The notes under the pieces were generated by a model. The model had not been told where the DNA came from. It made no database searches and was given only the letters and a program-made list of their open reading frames with translations. Positions 1 to 13,458 of a stretch of 64,000 bases of DNA are shown here, piece after piece; position 1 is the first letter of the stretch, and each line of letters begins with the position of its first letter. The stretch is taken from NCBI GenBank assembly GCA_043228905.1, contig JBHGNT010000007.1, positions 4,960,001 to 5,024,000 of the forward strand, in the 5' to 3' direction. The position numbers and the translations under genes are program-made. Origin of the DNA: Azolla caroliniana (taxonomy: Eukaryota; Plantae; Polypodiophyta).

Positions 1-494
1 TAGCTATCGACAGCTATTTAGCAACTGACAGCTAATTAGCTACAGGCAGCTAATTAGCTGCATATGTAAGTAACGTATTACTTAGGTAAAAAGTAAGAGA
101 TTAGGTAAGTAAGAAATATACAGGAAGTAGAACTCTGAGAGAGAGAGTAAGGATAGAGAGGAAGAACTCAGAGAATGAGAGTAGAAGAGAGAAATAGACG
201 AGAGCAAGTAGAGCTCTGTGTGTAATGAAATAGAAGAAGTATTGGCTGCTACAGAGGTAAGTCTCCTTCCCCCTTCCCTTTTGTGTTTGAGCACCAAACG
301 ATCTAGCACACCACGATCCGCCGCACACATAAGAAGAGCCCGAGTGCCTTCTTCACATTTTCTTAACATGGTATCAGAGCGAGTTGCTCATAAAGAAGAG
401 TACAGAAGTGCATAGATCTGAGAAAGGTATTTCTTTGTTTGCTGATCTGAATCAGAAAGTTACTTGTTGAAGTAATCGTAGTAGAAACCCTAGT

Positions 495-3400
495 TTGGAA
501 GAGATAATGGCTGCAGGGAATGTGGGCCAAATAGTTACAGAGAAACTAGATAAAAACAATTTCCCGGTGTGGAAATTTAGAATGACAAATTTCCTGATGG
601 GGAAAGGATACTGGGATTACATTGAAGGAGACCTAGAAGAGGCTCCGGAGATCCTAGAAGAAAATGCCACAGCAGCACAGATTAAAGCATTCAAAGATTG
701 GAATCAAGGGGCCAGGAAGGTAATGCATTGGCTCTCACTTAGCATCTCAGATTCGATGCTTGGGCACATACAGGATGCTATGCTCCCAAAAGAAGCTTGG
801 GACAGTTTGGTAAAACTGTTTGCAGTAAACACAAAAGCTAGAAAGCTACAATTGAAGACTGAGCTAAATACCTTAGAAAAAGGTAAGATGTCAATAAAGG
901 AGTATGCTTTGAAAATAAAGAGCATATGTGAATCACTTGCTTCTATCAATGTAAAGATAGAAGATGATGATAAGGTAGAAATATGGTTGAGAGGCTTAGG
1001 ACCTCAATACAAAAGCTTTAAAACCTCTATGCTTACAAGGGATAGTATCCCAAGTTTTCCAGATCTGGTTTCAATGCTTGTAGTAGAAGAAAGGAATAAG
1101 ATGGATGATGTAAATAAAGGAAATCTTGAGAATGAGGGGCAAGCCCTATATAATAGTGCTGGAAGAGGCCGAGGAAGAGGCCATGAAAGATTTGGCTCAG
1201 CAAGAACCAACAATAATGGTTATCAAGGAAGAGGACAACAAACCATTAGAGGAAGAAACAACAACAGAGGCAGGGGGAGCAACCAAGGTAGAGGTAAGCA
1301 AACATATGTAAATGATGATGGTTGTTGGTATTGTGGAAAACCAGGCCACACACAGGCTGAATGTTACAAGAAGCAAAATGATGAGCAAAGAGGAAGAAAG
1401 AGACAACAGAATAACTATGCCCAAACTAGTGAAGATTGTGAAAAAGATGGTGCATTTGTGGTACAACATGAGATAACATCAGTGAATGAAAGCTCACAAA
1501 AATGTAATGAAGAGTTTACATGGTATGTAGACTCGGGGGCATCTAACCATATGACTGGACATGCAAACTGGTTTGAAAGGTTAAGAGAACCAGAGATTCC
1601 TGGCTATGTACAGACGAGTGATAATAATACTCACCAAATAGAACATGTTGGAGATATCCCATTGTGGGAAGAAAAAGGAAAGATTAAGTATATGTTGAAT
1701 GTAATGCATGTTCCAAATCTTGCTAAGAATCTGATTTCTGTTGGACAGATAGTAGAGGAAGGTATGCAAGTAAAGTTTAAGCAAAGTGGATGCTATATAG
1801 AAAAGAATGGGAAGCTCAATGCAAAAGGAAAACGACAAGGAAGAATGTTTATTTTGGATGTTGACATGCCTAGATAGATTTCAGTTATGTTTGCAAATGG
1901 AATGAGTGTAGTCTCAGATGTGGAAATGTGGCATAAAAGGATTGGCCACATAAGTATGCAAACCCTAAAGAATATGTTGAGAAAAGATGCAGTGGCTGGA
2001 CTGCCAAAACTGAAAAATTGTGAAATGGGAAAGATATGTGAAGCATGTCAATATGGAAAGCAAAATAGGTTGTCATTCCCTCATGAAAGACATGTAAGTA
2101 AAAATTTGTTGGATTTGGTACATACGGATGTATGGGGACCAACTAAGAATGCATCTATCGGTGGCTGCAGATTCTATGTAACTTTTATTGATGATTGCTC
2201 AAGGAAAACATGGGTGTACTTCATGAAAGAGAAAAGTGAAGTGTTTGAATGTTTTCGTAAGTTTAAATGCATGGTAGAAAAGCAGGTAGGTACAAGAATA
2301 AAATGTTTAAGATCTGATGGAGGAGGAGAGTATTTCTCCAATGAATTTTCTGATTTTCTATGCAATCAGGGAATAAGAAGACAGTTCACATGTAGATATA
2401 CTCCATAGCAAAATGGAGTTGCTGAGAGGAAAAACAGAACATTGGTGAACATTGCAAGGGCTTTGATGACAGAGAAGAATATGCCATTGTACTATTGGGT
2501 AGAAGCTGTAAATACAAAAAATTATATTCTAAATAGATGTATAACATCGGGAGTACATGAAGCAACTCCTGAAGAGTGTTTCTATGGAAGGAAACCTAGT
2601 TTAGAACACTTAAAAGTGTTTGGATGCCTTGCATATGTACATGTGCTTGCAGAAGTAAGAAGTAAGCTCGATCCAAAAGTAGAAAAATGTATTTTTGTTG
2701 GCTATTCAGAAGAACAAAAAGGGTATAGATGCTATAATCTTGTAACAAAAGAAGATTGTGACAAGTAGGGATGTAATCTTTGATGAGTTAGCCAGCTGGT
2801 ACAGTCCAAAACAAAATCCAGAGACTGATGAAGACAATGAGATTGAAGACAGAGACAAATCTGAAAATGTAGAAGACTGCCACAGAGATGGAAGCAAGGT
2901 TGGACAGCAAAGTCCAACATCAACAGAATGTTTTGGACCATCAAAAAGCTCAGATGGTAAATTGGATTCGAATTCTTGGAGTGGAAAAAGTGGAGGACAC
3001 AAAAAATGTGATGATAAAAAAGGAAAACAGAAAATGCCAAAGTATGAAATGTTGGATGACTTGTCTAAAAACATGGAAGATGAGGATTCAGATATGTCAT
3101 TGGATGATTTTCTTGGTATAAGAGGATTGAAAATCCCTGGTATGGAAAAAGCATTGAAGGATGCAAATCAAAAACTGAGAAGATCAGATAGAGAGAAAAA
3201 AATTGTTGAAAGATTTGGTTATGATACATATATGGCTATGCATTATGCATATATGTCTAAGGTGGTACAGATCCCTGATCCAAGTAGTTTTGATGAGGCT
3301 AAAACTGAGAAGAAATGGGTGGATGCAATGCAAGAAGAGATTGATGCATTGGCTGAAAATAGGACATGCGATTTGGTGACGTTACCAAAAGGAAAAAATG

Positions 3401-4722
3401 TGGTAGGTTGCAAATGGGTCTACAAGACAAAGCATGATTCCAATGGGAATGTAAGTAGACATAAAGCAAGATTGGTTGCAAAGGGATATGCCCAAATGCA
3501 AGGAATTGATTATGATGAGACATTTGCACTGGTTGCAAAGATGGCAACATTGAGGACATTACTGGCTGTAGGTGCAGCCAGAAGATGGTTTCTTCATCAT
3601 ATGGATGTAAAAAATGCCTTTTTACATGGTAACTTGGAAGAAGAAGTGTATATGTGTCAACCACCAGGTTTTGAAGATAGGAAGCATCCAGATTATGTAT
3701 GTAAGCTGAAAAAGGCTCTCTATGGACTGAAACAGGCACCAAGAGCATGGCATAGAGAACTTTTAGATCATCTGAAAAAACGTGACTTCAAAATGTCAAA
3801 GGCTGATTCATCATTGTATGTTAAAAGGAAAGATGATTGTATTGTTGTGATTCTGATTTATGTTGATGATCTCATCATTGGAGGTGATTCCATGGATGAA
3901 ATAAGTAAGCTGAAAAGAAATTTGGAAATGCAGTTTCATATGAAAGATTTGGGAGATCTGAGATATTTTTTGGGTATTGAAATCATCAGATCTGAAAGTT
4001 GTATATATGTGTTGCAAAGACAATATGCAACAACTATGTTGAAAAAGTATGGCATGCTTGGATGCAAACCTATTGGAGTACCACTAGATAAAAACTGCAA
4101 ATTGAGGGTTGATTTGGGAGCCAAAATAGAAGATGTAAACATGTACAGGTCTATGGTGGGCAACCTTATTTATTTGACCATAACAAGACCTGATTTGAGT
4201 TATACAGTTGGATTAGTCGGCCAATTTATGCAACAGCCAACAAAGCCGCATTTGGACTGCACTAGAAGAATTCTGAGGTATGTAAAAGCTACTCAGAACT
4301 ATGGATTGTTTTACAGGGCTGATTTGGACATAAATCTGGAAGGATATACAGATGCTGATTGGGCTGGAAGCCAAACAGATAGAAGATCCATAAGTGGATA
4401 TATGTTTACATTGGGAAGTGCAGGTATTTCATGGAGTAGCAAGAAACAAGCTACTGTTGCATTGTCTAGTACTGAAGCTGAGTACAGAGGAGCCGCCATA
4501 GCCACTTGTGAAGAGGTATGGATCATAAGATTGCTTGCTGATTTGGGAGAGTATATAGATGGTACTGTCACAATTTGGTGTGACAATATGAGCAACATTC
4601 AGCTTGCAAAAAACCTAGTGTTCCATGCAAGAACAAAGCACATTGAAGTGCATTATCACTTTGTTAGAGAAAAAGTGATTGAAGGAGAAGTTGATATGGT
4701 GTATGTGAATACAAATCAGTAG
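495..4722 (+). pseudogene. Copia gag-pol pseudogene
   Basis: CWYCGKPGH zinc knuckle, VDSGAS protease, HTDVWGP/RSDGGGEY integrase, YVDDL RT, TDADWAG and KHIEVHYHF RNase H. In-frame TAG at 1875, 2406 and 4720; frameshift near 2760. Confidence 0.93.
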
Positions 4723-4878
4723 GTTGCTGATATTCTCACAAAGGGATTGAGTGTGGAAAAGCATACACAGTTTCGGAACATGATGGGAGTTGTAGACACT
4801 GATATGATGGCTGAAAAGCATCATGGAAAAGAAGTTGTAGATAACCCCAAGAAAGGATAAGTTGATCTTGAGGGGGAG

Positions 4879-5326
4879 TGTTGAGAAGCAAGCTCAACAT
4901 GGTATGTGATGCTTATTGGGAAATAAGCTATAGTAGCTATTTAGCTACTTGTGAACATAAAGGAGAAACAACTAATTAGCTACTGACAGCTAATTAGCTA
5001 CAGGCAGCTAATTAGCTGCATATGTAAGTAACGTATTACTTAGGTAAAAAGTAAGAGAGTAGGTAAGTAAGAAATATACAGGAAGTAGAACTCTGAGAGA
5101 GAGAGTAAGGATAGAGAGGAAGAACTCAGAGAGTAGGAGTAGAAGAGAGAAATAGACGAGAGCAAGTAGAGCTCTGCGTGTAATGAAATAAAAGAAGTTT
5201 TGGCTGCTACAGAGGTAAGTCTCCTTCCCCCTTCCCTTCTGTGTTTGAGCACCAAACGATCCAGCACACCACGATCCGCCACGCACATAAGAAGAGCCCG
5301 AGTGCCTTCTTCACGCTTTCTTAACA
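4879..5326 (+). repeat. 3' LTR of E1 (448 bp)
   Basis: TG...CA termini, directly after the PPT, direct repeat of 1-368. Confidence 0.93.
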
Positions 5327-6483
5327 TTAGTGAAGACGTTAACGACTTGAAGATTCGTGCTGATGTGTTGTAGATCGACATCTCCATCTCGAACGCGCTC
5401 TCGGATGAAGTGATAGTGCACTTCGATATGCTTAGTCTGCGTGTGGAACACCAGGTTCCGAGCCAGGTAGATGCTGCTCATGTTGTTGCAATATAGGCGA
5501 ATCAGATTCTTGATGGGAACGCCCAGATCCTTGAATATGCGCTTCAACTAGACAACCTCGCATGTGGCTACTGTGGCCTCCATGCTCGACAGTGTGACTG
5601 TCGGCTGCTTCTTACTGCTCCAGGAGATCACTCCACTGCCGAGGGAGAAGAAGAATCTGGAAGTGGATTGTCTATCAGCCTTATAGCCGGCTCAGTCTGC
5701 ATTTGTGTACCCTTCGAGCCGAATGATCATATCCGACTTGTATATGATGCCGAAATCCATCGTCCCACATACGTACCTAAGTACCCTCTTAGCGCAATCG
5801 AGATGAACATTTCGAGGATTCTGCATGAATTGGCCAAGTAGGCCGATTGAATAGCTGAGGTCAGGTCGTATGATGGTTAGATATATTAGGCTACCGATCA
5901 ATTGTCGATACTAAGTCGACTCACACTCTTCTGTTCCAGAATCAACATCGAGTCTGAGATTTCGATCAAGGGGGGTAGCCACAAGTTTGCACTCTGTCAT
6001 TCCGAACTTGTAGAGTAAGTTTAGGATGTAGTGCCATTGAGAGATCAATATCCTGACTGGTGTCCGAATTACATCGATACCGAGGAAGTAATGGAGCTCC
6101 TTCATGTCTTTCATTTTGAATGTGCCGGATTGGAGTGTTTTGACCTTGTTAATGTTGGCGAGATCCTTTCCTCCGATGACCAGATCATCCATAGATAGGA
6201 TGATGACAATTGGGTTGTCTGACGCGTTTCCGACATATAGGGAGTTGTCCAATTTCGACATTCGGAAGCCGATTTTGTGAAGATACTGGGTGATCTTCGA
6301 ATGCCAAGCACGCGGTGCTTGCTTGAAGCCGTATAAAGGCTTCTTGAGTAGGCAAACTGCTCTCGGGTGGTTACGCGATTCGAAACCGGGGGGTTGAATC
6401 ATGAAGTCCTCCTTTACTAATTCGCCTTGGAGGAAGGTGTTCTTTACATCCATCTGATGGAGGTGCCACCCTTTTGTAGCCGC

Positions 6484-7200
6484 TGTCGTGAGGATTTTCG
6501 GCCATGGTGAGAAAGCCCGAGCGGGTGGAATAAAACAAGATGTGCAACATTGCACGTGAACTTAGGAAAATTGTAACATAGGAATAATAGACAAATGTAA
6601 GGACGGAAAGTAAGATGTAAAGGTATAAAGGTGATGTGCACTTTGTAGACTAGAGGGAGGCACATGAAGTATGGGTGTAGGGAGTAGTGGGCATTGAGTA
6701 TGTTGGTGAGAGGAGAGGGAGTTAAGACCCATCAATCTCACCTCGTAAGATCGAGGTCAAATACTCTCCCTTGAAATAAAGGGGAATTGACCCCTCACCC
6801 CTTATTACTATAAAAGGGAGTGAGGGGTCACTTTTGAGGGGTTTCCACTTTTTGGGTTTCTTTGGGGTTGCCATTAGGGTTTCAAAATTTTGGGTTTTAG
6901 GATCTCGTTTTAGGGGTTTCATTTGTCTTCTTCTTCTTCTTTTTCTTTTCCCCTATCTGGTTAGGGTTTCATCTACAGGGTTTATATTCGGCCTACACGA
7001 CCACGGTTGTAATTGGTGTGGTGCTTTCCATAATGTATCTTGTCTTGTTTAGATCTTATTCTCTTGATTCTTAATCTCTCAAATCTTAATCTTTCTCTTC
7101 CTTCTTGGTTGAACTCCCAAGCTTCTCTCCCTCTTGCTCCCTAGTCCAAGACCCCTGTGGTCCCGTCCTAATCGACACACATGTGCAGATTTCCGCGACA
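6484..7200 (+). mobile_element. Gypsy solo LTR (717 bp) inserted in the E2 RT
   Basis: Termini TGTCGTG...CGCGACA, as in the 40445 element. 3' end has the shared CAAGACCCC.GTGGTCCCG motif. 4-bp TSD CCGC at 6480-6483 and 7201-7204. Host RT sequence resumes on both sides. Confidence 0.85.
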
Positions 7201-7765
7201 CCGCGAGAGGAATGAATGCTCGAATAGTCGTCATCTTTGCCACCAGGGCAAAGGTCTCCTCATAATCGACTCCATGTGTTTGAGCGTATCCCTTAGCTAT
7301 GAATTGTGCCTTGTAGGTATTTATCGAGCCGTCGGCATTATCCATCTGCAACCGATCGCTTTCTTGTGTGTAGAGAGGGGGACAAGATCCCATGTCTCAT
7401 TTTTGCTTAATGCCTGCATCTCCTCATTCATTGCTTTGATCCATAACAACTCCTTGATTGCCTCGGAAAGGGTTTTTGGTTCTCAGACAGTCGCGACCTT
7501 CATCATAAAGGCATAGTGGTATGCCATATACTCATCGTAGTTGAATCGGCTTATAGGGTTTTTCTCTCGGGTGGAGCGACGAAGCTTCTCGTTTGTAGAG
7601 TCTAAGGCTTTCTTTGCTCCATTCGTCTGGATGATTGGGATGTCTTGGCCTTCGAACTCACTGTCAAGGGAGTGAGTTGACTTGTTGTCGATTGGATCTT
7701 CATATTCTGACATCTTGGCCTTCCCTTTGTCGAGTTTCCAACTCGGTCGAGATGTACTTTGGTCA

Positions 7766-10700
7766 TGTAAGAAGTAACGTGCGGAAGCAAGTATGAAGAC
7801 GGAACAGAAGGAAGAAAACTTAGGTTTAATGGAGAGCTTGAGCTTACGTAGTATACGCGTGAGAGACAGAGAGAGTGAGAGAGAGAAAACACAAGAACTA
7901 TATTCAACCTCTATTCACGACTCTATACATATGTGTGTTCCATGAACACTTTTATACAAGTCCTCGAAGGACTGACTGAAGTACTGACCATACTTCAATG
8001 CTCTTTAAGAGCTCCTACACTAACTCCCAAATATATTCCTCACGGAATATCTTTCCTAACGGCCTCCCGGTTTACGCACTCCGCCTAACCGATCGGTCCC
8101 AACCGATCCGGTCCTCGGCTTCTTCAGCCGATCCGGCCGATGTTGAGCTTGTCTCTCAACACTCCCCCTCAAGCTCAACTCGAGGCTCTTCGGGATCCTC
8201 GGGCTCACAGCTCCGGTTCCTCCTGGCTTCACGCCTCGCTCGCGCTCCTCGACCTGTTCGACTCCGCGCGCATCGACCCTTCCGGTCGGCTTGTCTGCTT
8301 ATGTGGCCCTTATCAGCTCTTCTACTATTGCGGTGTTGAAGCTTCTCCTGCTGCCTTTTCTTCCGCTTGGGCCTCGGTTGATTCAGAGTATTTGAATCAA
8401 ACATCCGAACCGACTCAGCTACCTCCGATCGGTTTTCGCTCTCTTTCGAGTTGGCTGTCTCCAACTCGTCTTCGGTCTTCTCGCCCTTGGTGGCGTCATC
8501 TTCCCCATGCGTGGTTGGCTTTAGCTCTCTCCTTCGGCTGCTCCCCTTCTGTTCGCTTTCGGACTTTTCCGTGGGTCCACCCTCGGCTTCTTCAGCCGAT
8601 CCGAAGTCGAACTCGACAACCGAGTCAACAGCCGAGTCAATCGAGTCGGTGTCGCGGCCTCCGCTCCTTTCCTGCTGCTTTGCTTGGTCGTTCGGGACTG
8701 TTCTCCCCCTCAAGTTTGGCACGTCGAGGTGACACAATTCGAGTGCACCTAAGAATTGCCGCAACTTGTCCAGACCAAGAGGCTTGGTGAAGATGTCGGC
8801 AGTCTGCCGATCCGTCGGAACGTACTGAAGTTCGACTTCACCGGAAAGGACACGGTCACGGACGAAGTGGTAGTGCACCTCAATGTGCTTGGTCCGTGCG
8901 TGGAAAACGGGGTTTTTCGCGAGCGGGATGCTGCTGAGGTTGTCGCAGTAGATCGTCGTTAGATCTGACACCTCCTCTTGCAGGTCCTTAAGTAGCTGCT
9001 TCAACCATATGGCTTCGCATGTCGCGACAGCCGCTCCTCGGTACTCAGCTTCGGTGCTCGACAGTGAATTTGTCGGCTGCTTCTTACTGCTCCACGCGAT
9101 CGCGGCACTCCCGAGGGAGAACGCGTATCCGGACGTGGATTGGCGATTGGCGGCGTTGCCAGCCCAATTAGCATCGGTGTAGCCGATTAACTGCGTGGCT
9201 GCACCGGTCTGATATAGCCGTCCCCGGTCCTTAGTGCCGTTGACATACCGAAGTATGCGTTGCGCACACTGAAGGTGCTCCTCGGTAGGTCGCGCCATGA
9301 ACTGACTGATCACTCCGACCGGATAACTGAGGTCGGGTCGGGTGATGGTCAAGTATATGAGGCTTCCGACAATTTTTCGGAACCTCGTCGGGTCGCATAC
9401 CTTTCCCGTATCGGGACGAAGCTTGACGGTTCTGTCCAGAGGAGTCGAGATGGACTTATAGTCGGCCATCCCGAGTTTGAAGAGCATCCTCAGCACGTAA
9501 TGACGTTGGTTGATCAATATGCCTTCGGGGGTACGGATCACTTCGATCCCGAGGAAGTAATGAAGGTCCCCCAGATCCTTCATGTCGAACGATGCCGCAA
9601 GCTGGAGCTTCACGCGGTCGATTTCACGTAGGTCGGCGCCGGTGATGACCAAGTCATCAACATATAGTAAAATACTAACCGGTCCGAGTCGACCTTTCCG
9701 GATGAACAGGGAAGAGTTCGATTTTGACGTGACGAAGCCCATCCGACGCAGTTGTTGCGTGATCTTCGTGTTCCAGGCACGCGGGGCTTGCTTCAGTCCG
9801 TAAAGGGACTTCTTCAGTCGGCATATTGCCGAGGAGTTCGTTCCAGAGTGAAATCCGGGGGGTTGTACCATGTACACCTGTTCCTCAAGGTCACCTTGCA
9901 GGAACACATTCTTTACATCCATCTGATGTAAGTGCCACCCCTTCACCGCAACTACTGTGAGCAAAACACGGACGGTCGTCATTTTCGCGACCGACGCAAA
10001 CGTCTCATCGTAGTTGATGCCGTGTTTCTGCGCGTAGCCCTTTGCCACTAGCCGAGCCTTGTACCGGTTGACCGAGCCATCGGTGTTGTACTTGACCTTG
10101 TACACCCACCTACACTCGATCGGTTTTACCCCTCTTGGTGCGTCAACCAGGTCCCAGGTCTCGTTCTCCGCCAATGCGTGCATCTCTTCCTCCATTGCGG
10201 CACGCCAATTCGCTTCTTTAGCCGCTTCTGCGTAGCTCTCCAGCTCACGCACTTCCGCTACACAGGTCATGTACGCATAATGATGCGCCATGTACTCGTT
10301 GTATCCGAACCGCAAAACAGGATTCTTCTGGCGGGTAGATCGGCGTAATCTCACATTAGCCGATGTCGAGGCCTTCTTGGTCGACGCGGTCTTCACCTTT
10401 AAAGACCCGTCACCGGTTCCCTCGGAGTCGGACTCGCGTCGGTCTGACTTGTTCCTATCCATGTCGGAATCCGACACCTTCTTCTTCCCTTTCTCTTTGC
10501 GCGTAAGCCATCTCCTCGGCTTCCTGCACGGGGAATGCACGACCGAGTCTCCACTACTCGCCGGCTCTTAATCGGACTGGTCGTACCGACTCAGTCGTCC
10601 AATTGGTCCACTTAAACGGAGTGAAATCGGACTCTCGTCGCGGGTCTCGATTTCGGGCTCATCCGGAGGCATCTCGGCCTCGCTGACCTCATCGTTAGAG

Positions 10701-13458
10701 CTCGGATTGGAGTCGGGGGCTGGTACCAGGACGCGGACTCGTCAAACACAATGTCGCGGCTAACACGCGCTTGTTTGGTACGAGGGTTATAGCACTTATA
10801 ACCCTTCTGCTCGTCCGAGTAACCGACCAAGATGCATTTCTCGGCCTTTGCGTCCAACTTCCTCCTTTTCTCCTTCGGTACATGCACATACGCAATGTTA
10901 CTGAACACCCTCAAGTGTCACAAGTTCGGCTTCGTTCCGAAATACAGCTCGTGCGTCGACACTTTGTCTCCGATCCGGTTCTGGATGTATACTGCGGTCC
11001 TTACCGCCTCGGCCCAGTAGAACTTGGGCAAGCTCTTCTCCTCCAACATTGCCCGTGGCGCTTCCACAACTGACTGATTCTTCCTCTCGGCCACGCCGTT
11101 CTGCTCTAGCATGTATCTACAACTGAATTCGTGCCGAATTCCCATTTGTTGTAGATAACCGTTGAATTGACCAGAAAAGTACTCTTTCCCGCCATCCGAC
11201 CGCAGGCACTTGATCTTTCGTCCCGTTTCCGTTTCCACGAACCCTTTGAGGTCCCGGAAACAGTCGAAGACTTCGCTCTTCCTCTCAATGAGGTAGATCC
11301 ACGTGTGCCGCGTGTGGTCGTCGATGAAGGAGACGAAATATCGGCTCCCGCCAAGACTAACGTTTTGTGCCGGCCCCCATACATCGGAGTGTATAAGGTC
11401 GAGCTTATTCTGGCTCCGGTTTTGCTCGTTGGGGAAAGGAAGTCGGTGTTGCTTCCCGAGCTGGCAGGCTTCACAGATTTGTGCCTTTCGGCCACTAAAT
11501 TTGGGCAATCCGAACACTACCTGTTTCGATTGCAGATCTTGAAGCCGCTGGTAGTTGACGTGGCCTATCCGCTTGTGCCACAAGTCGATGTCCGACTCGG
11601 TTTTTCTTCTCTTCGCAAACATTGTGGTGCCGCCGTCAGTGGAATCGAGGATGAACATCTTCCTGTCTCTGCGCCCTTGCGCAATCACACGGCCTTCTTC
11701 CTCAATGAAGCACCCGAGGTGTGTAAACCGAACCTCCATCCCTTGGTCGAAGATCTGTCCGACCGAGACCAAGTTCTTCGTGATTGTCGGAACGTGCAAC
11801 ACGTTTATGAGTTTCCCTTTCTGCCCGACATGGCTAAGGGGAACTTCTCCGACATTCGCGATCGGATGCGGAGTGTCGTCTCCAGTTGCGACTACTCTAG
11901 GTTGTATCGGTTTTTCAAGGTACGAGAACCACTCCTTATGGCTCGTCATGTGGTTTGACGCGCCGGAGTCTACGTACCACACCTCGTCCGATCTCGGGGT
12001 GGTTCGTTTCATTGAGTTTGCTTCGTGTCTCGTCACGAAGGCAGACCCTTCTCCAGCTCTCTTGGAGTCTTCGGCGTAGTGCGATCGCTGCCGATTTCCC
12101 TTGTCGGTATGTCCGGAGCCGTTTCCGGAACCGGTTCTCTCCGAATCGGCGCGCTTCTTCCAGCACTCACTTTCCCTGGGGCCTTTCTTGGCACAGTACC
12201 AGCACTCCGCGATGGCCTTCCCTTGCCGGTTCTTATCGCTTCGACTCCCCCTGTTTCCGAAGGGTCCGGAGTTGCTGTCGGCATCACTTTGGTGCCTTCT
12301 TCCTTGATCTCGTCGGCCGCCTCCATTGCGCGCCGACTCGTCTCGTCCTCCACGTCCACGGGGCCTATCTCCCTCCGTGTACAACATTCTGCTGTCGGTG
12401 TGCGTGCTTGTAGACGCACCCGCGTGGTTCTCCTCTACCAGGAGCATTGACTGTAAGTTGAAAAAGGACGGCGTATTCTCCCGGGTACACACAGCCGTTC
12501 GGAACGCTCCGAACTTCGATGCCAAACCTCCGAGACAAATCTGGACCATCTCGCTCTCCTCGATGTTCACCTCTATGGAGGCGAGGGAGTCGCAGATATC
12601 CTTGATCTTCGAGGTATAGTCCGCCACCGACAAGTCGCGTTGTCGTAGGTTGCTCAACTCCTGTCGGAGCTGAAGCTTCCTGGCTGTGGTGCTCGCAGCG
12701 AAAATCTTCTTCAGATTTTCCCACGCACCCTTCGACGTCTTTGCATCCCGAACATAGCTCAATAGTTGTTCCCCCACACACGACGCAAAGCAGTATAATA
12801 CCCTGCTCGCCGATTGCTCCCACGACGGGAAGTCTCTGTGTGTCGAGTCGGGTGCCGCGTCATTAGCTCCTTCGACATAACTCCAGTAGCCGTGCCCGAG
12901 CAGGTACTGGTGCATCTTGTAAGACCAAGACGTGTAGTTGGTTTTGTCGAGCTTCTCTGTTGGAAGCGAGCTCGCCATGCCTCTATCCATCATTCTTCTT
13001 GTTCTTCTTCGTCAAGCTGTGTCAGCTGCAGAGAGGTTCTCAACCCTCACGCTCTGATACCATGTAAGAAGTAACGTGTGGAAGCAAGTATGAAGACGGA
13101 ACAGAAGGAAGAAAACTCAGGTTTAATGGAGAGCTTGAGCTTACGCAGTATACGCGGGAGAGACAGAGAGAGTGAGAGAGAGAAAACACAAGAACTATAT
13201 TCAACCTCTATTCACGACTGTATACATATGTGTGTTCCATGAACACTTTTATACAAGTCCTTGAAGGACTAACCGAAGTACTGACCGTACTTCAATGCTC
13301 TTTAAGAGCTCCTACACTAACTCCCAAATATATTCCTCACGGAATATCTTTCCTAACGGCCTCCCGGTTTACGCACTCGGCCTAACCGATCGGTCCTAAC
13401 CGATCTGGTCCTCGGCTTCTTCAGCCGATCCGGCCGATGTTGAGCTTGTCTCTTAACA
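7766..13458 (-). mobile_element. Full-length Ty1/Copia element E3 nested in E2
   Basis: 396-bp LTRs at 7766-8161 and 13063-13458 (about 13 mismatches by eye). TSD GGTCA at 7761-7765 and 13459-13463. PBS 13051-13062. PPT starts at 8162. Confidence 0.96.
8156..12993 (-). pseudogene. E3 gag-pol with one stop, one frameshift and a long C-terminal extension
   Basis: ORFs 10918-12993 (gag, PR VDSGAS, INT), 10612-10914 and 8156-10540 (RT YVDDL, RH). TGA at 10918 within NL*HLRVF. Confidence 0.92.

Larger units (their letters stand above)
1..5326 (+). mobile_element. Ty1/Copia LTR retrotransposon E1 (5' LTR cut by the window edge; decayed)
   Basis: 5' LTR ends ...TTAACA at 368, followed by PBS TGGTATCAGAGC (369-380). 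PPT GAGGGGGAG at 4870-4878. 3' LTR TGTTGAG...TTAACA at 4879-5326 matches most of 1-368. Domain order gag-PR-INT-RT-RH. Confidence 0.95.

Noticed and set aside
6830-6985. Interstitial telomere array (several TAGGGTTT-like motifs)
   Set aside because: The motifs are dispersed telo-box-like sites inside a solo LTR, not tandem TTTAGGG repeats.
8156-8700. env-like gene downstream of Copia pol
   Set aside because: The extension is highly charged with no signal peptide or transmembrane segment, and it is fused in frame to RNase H.
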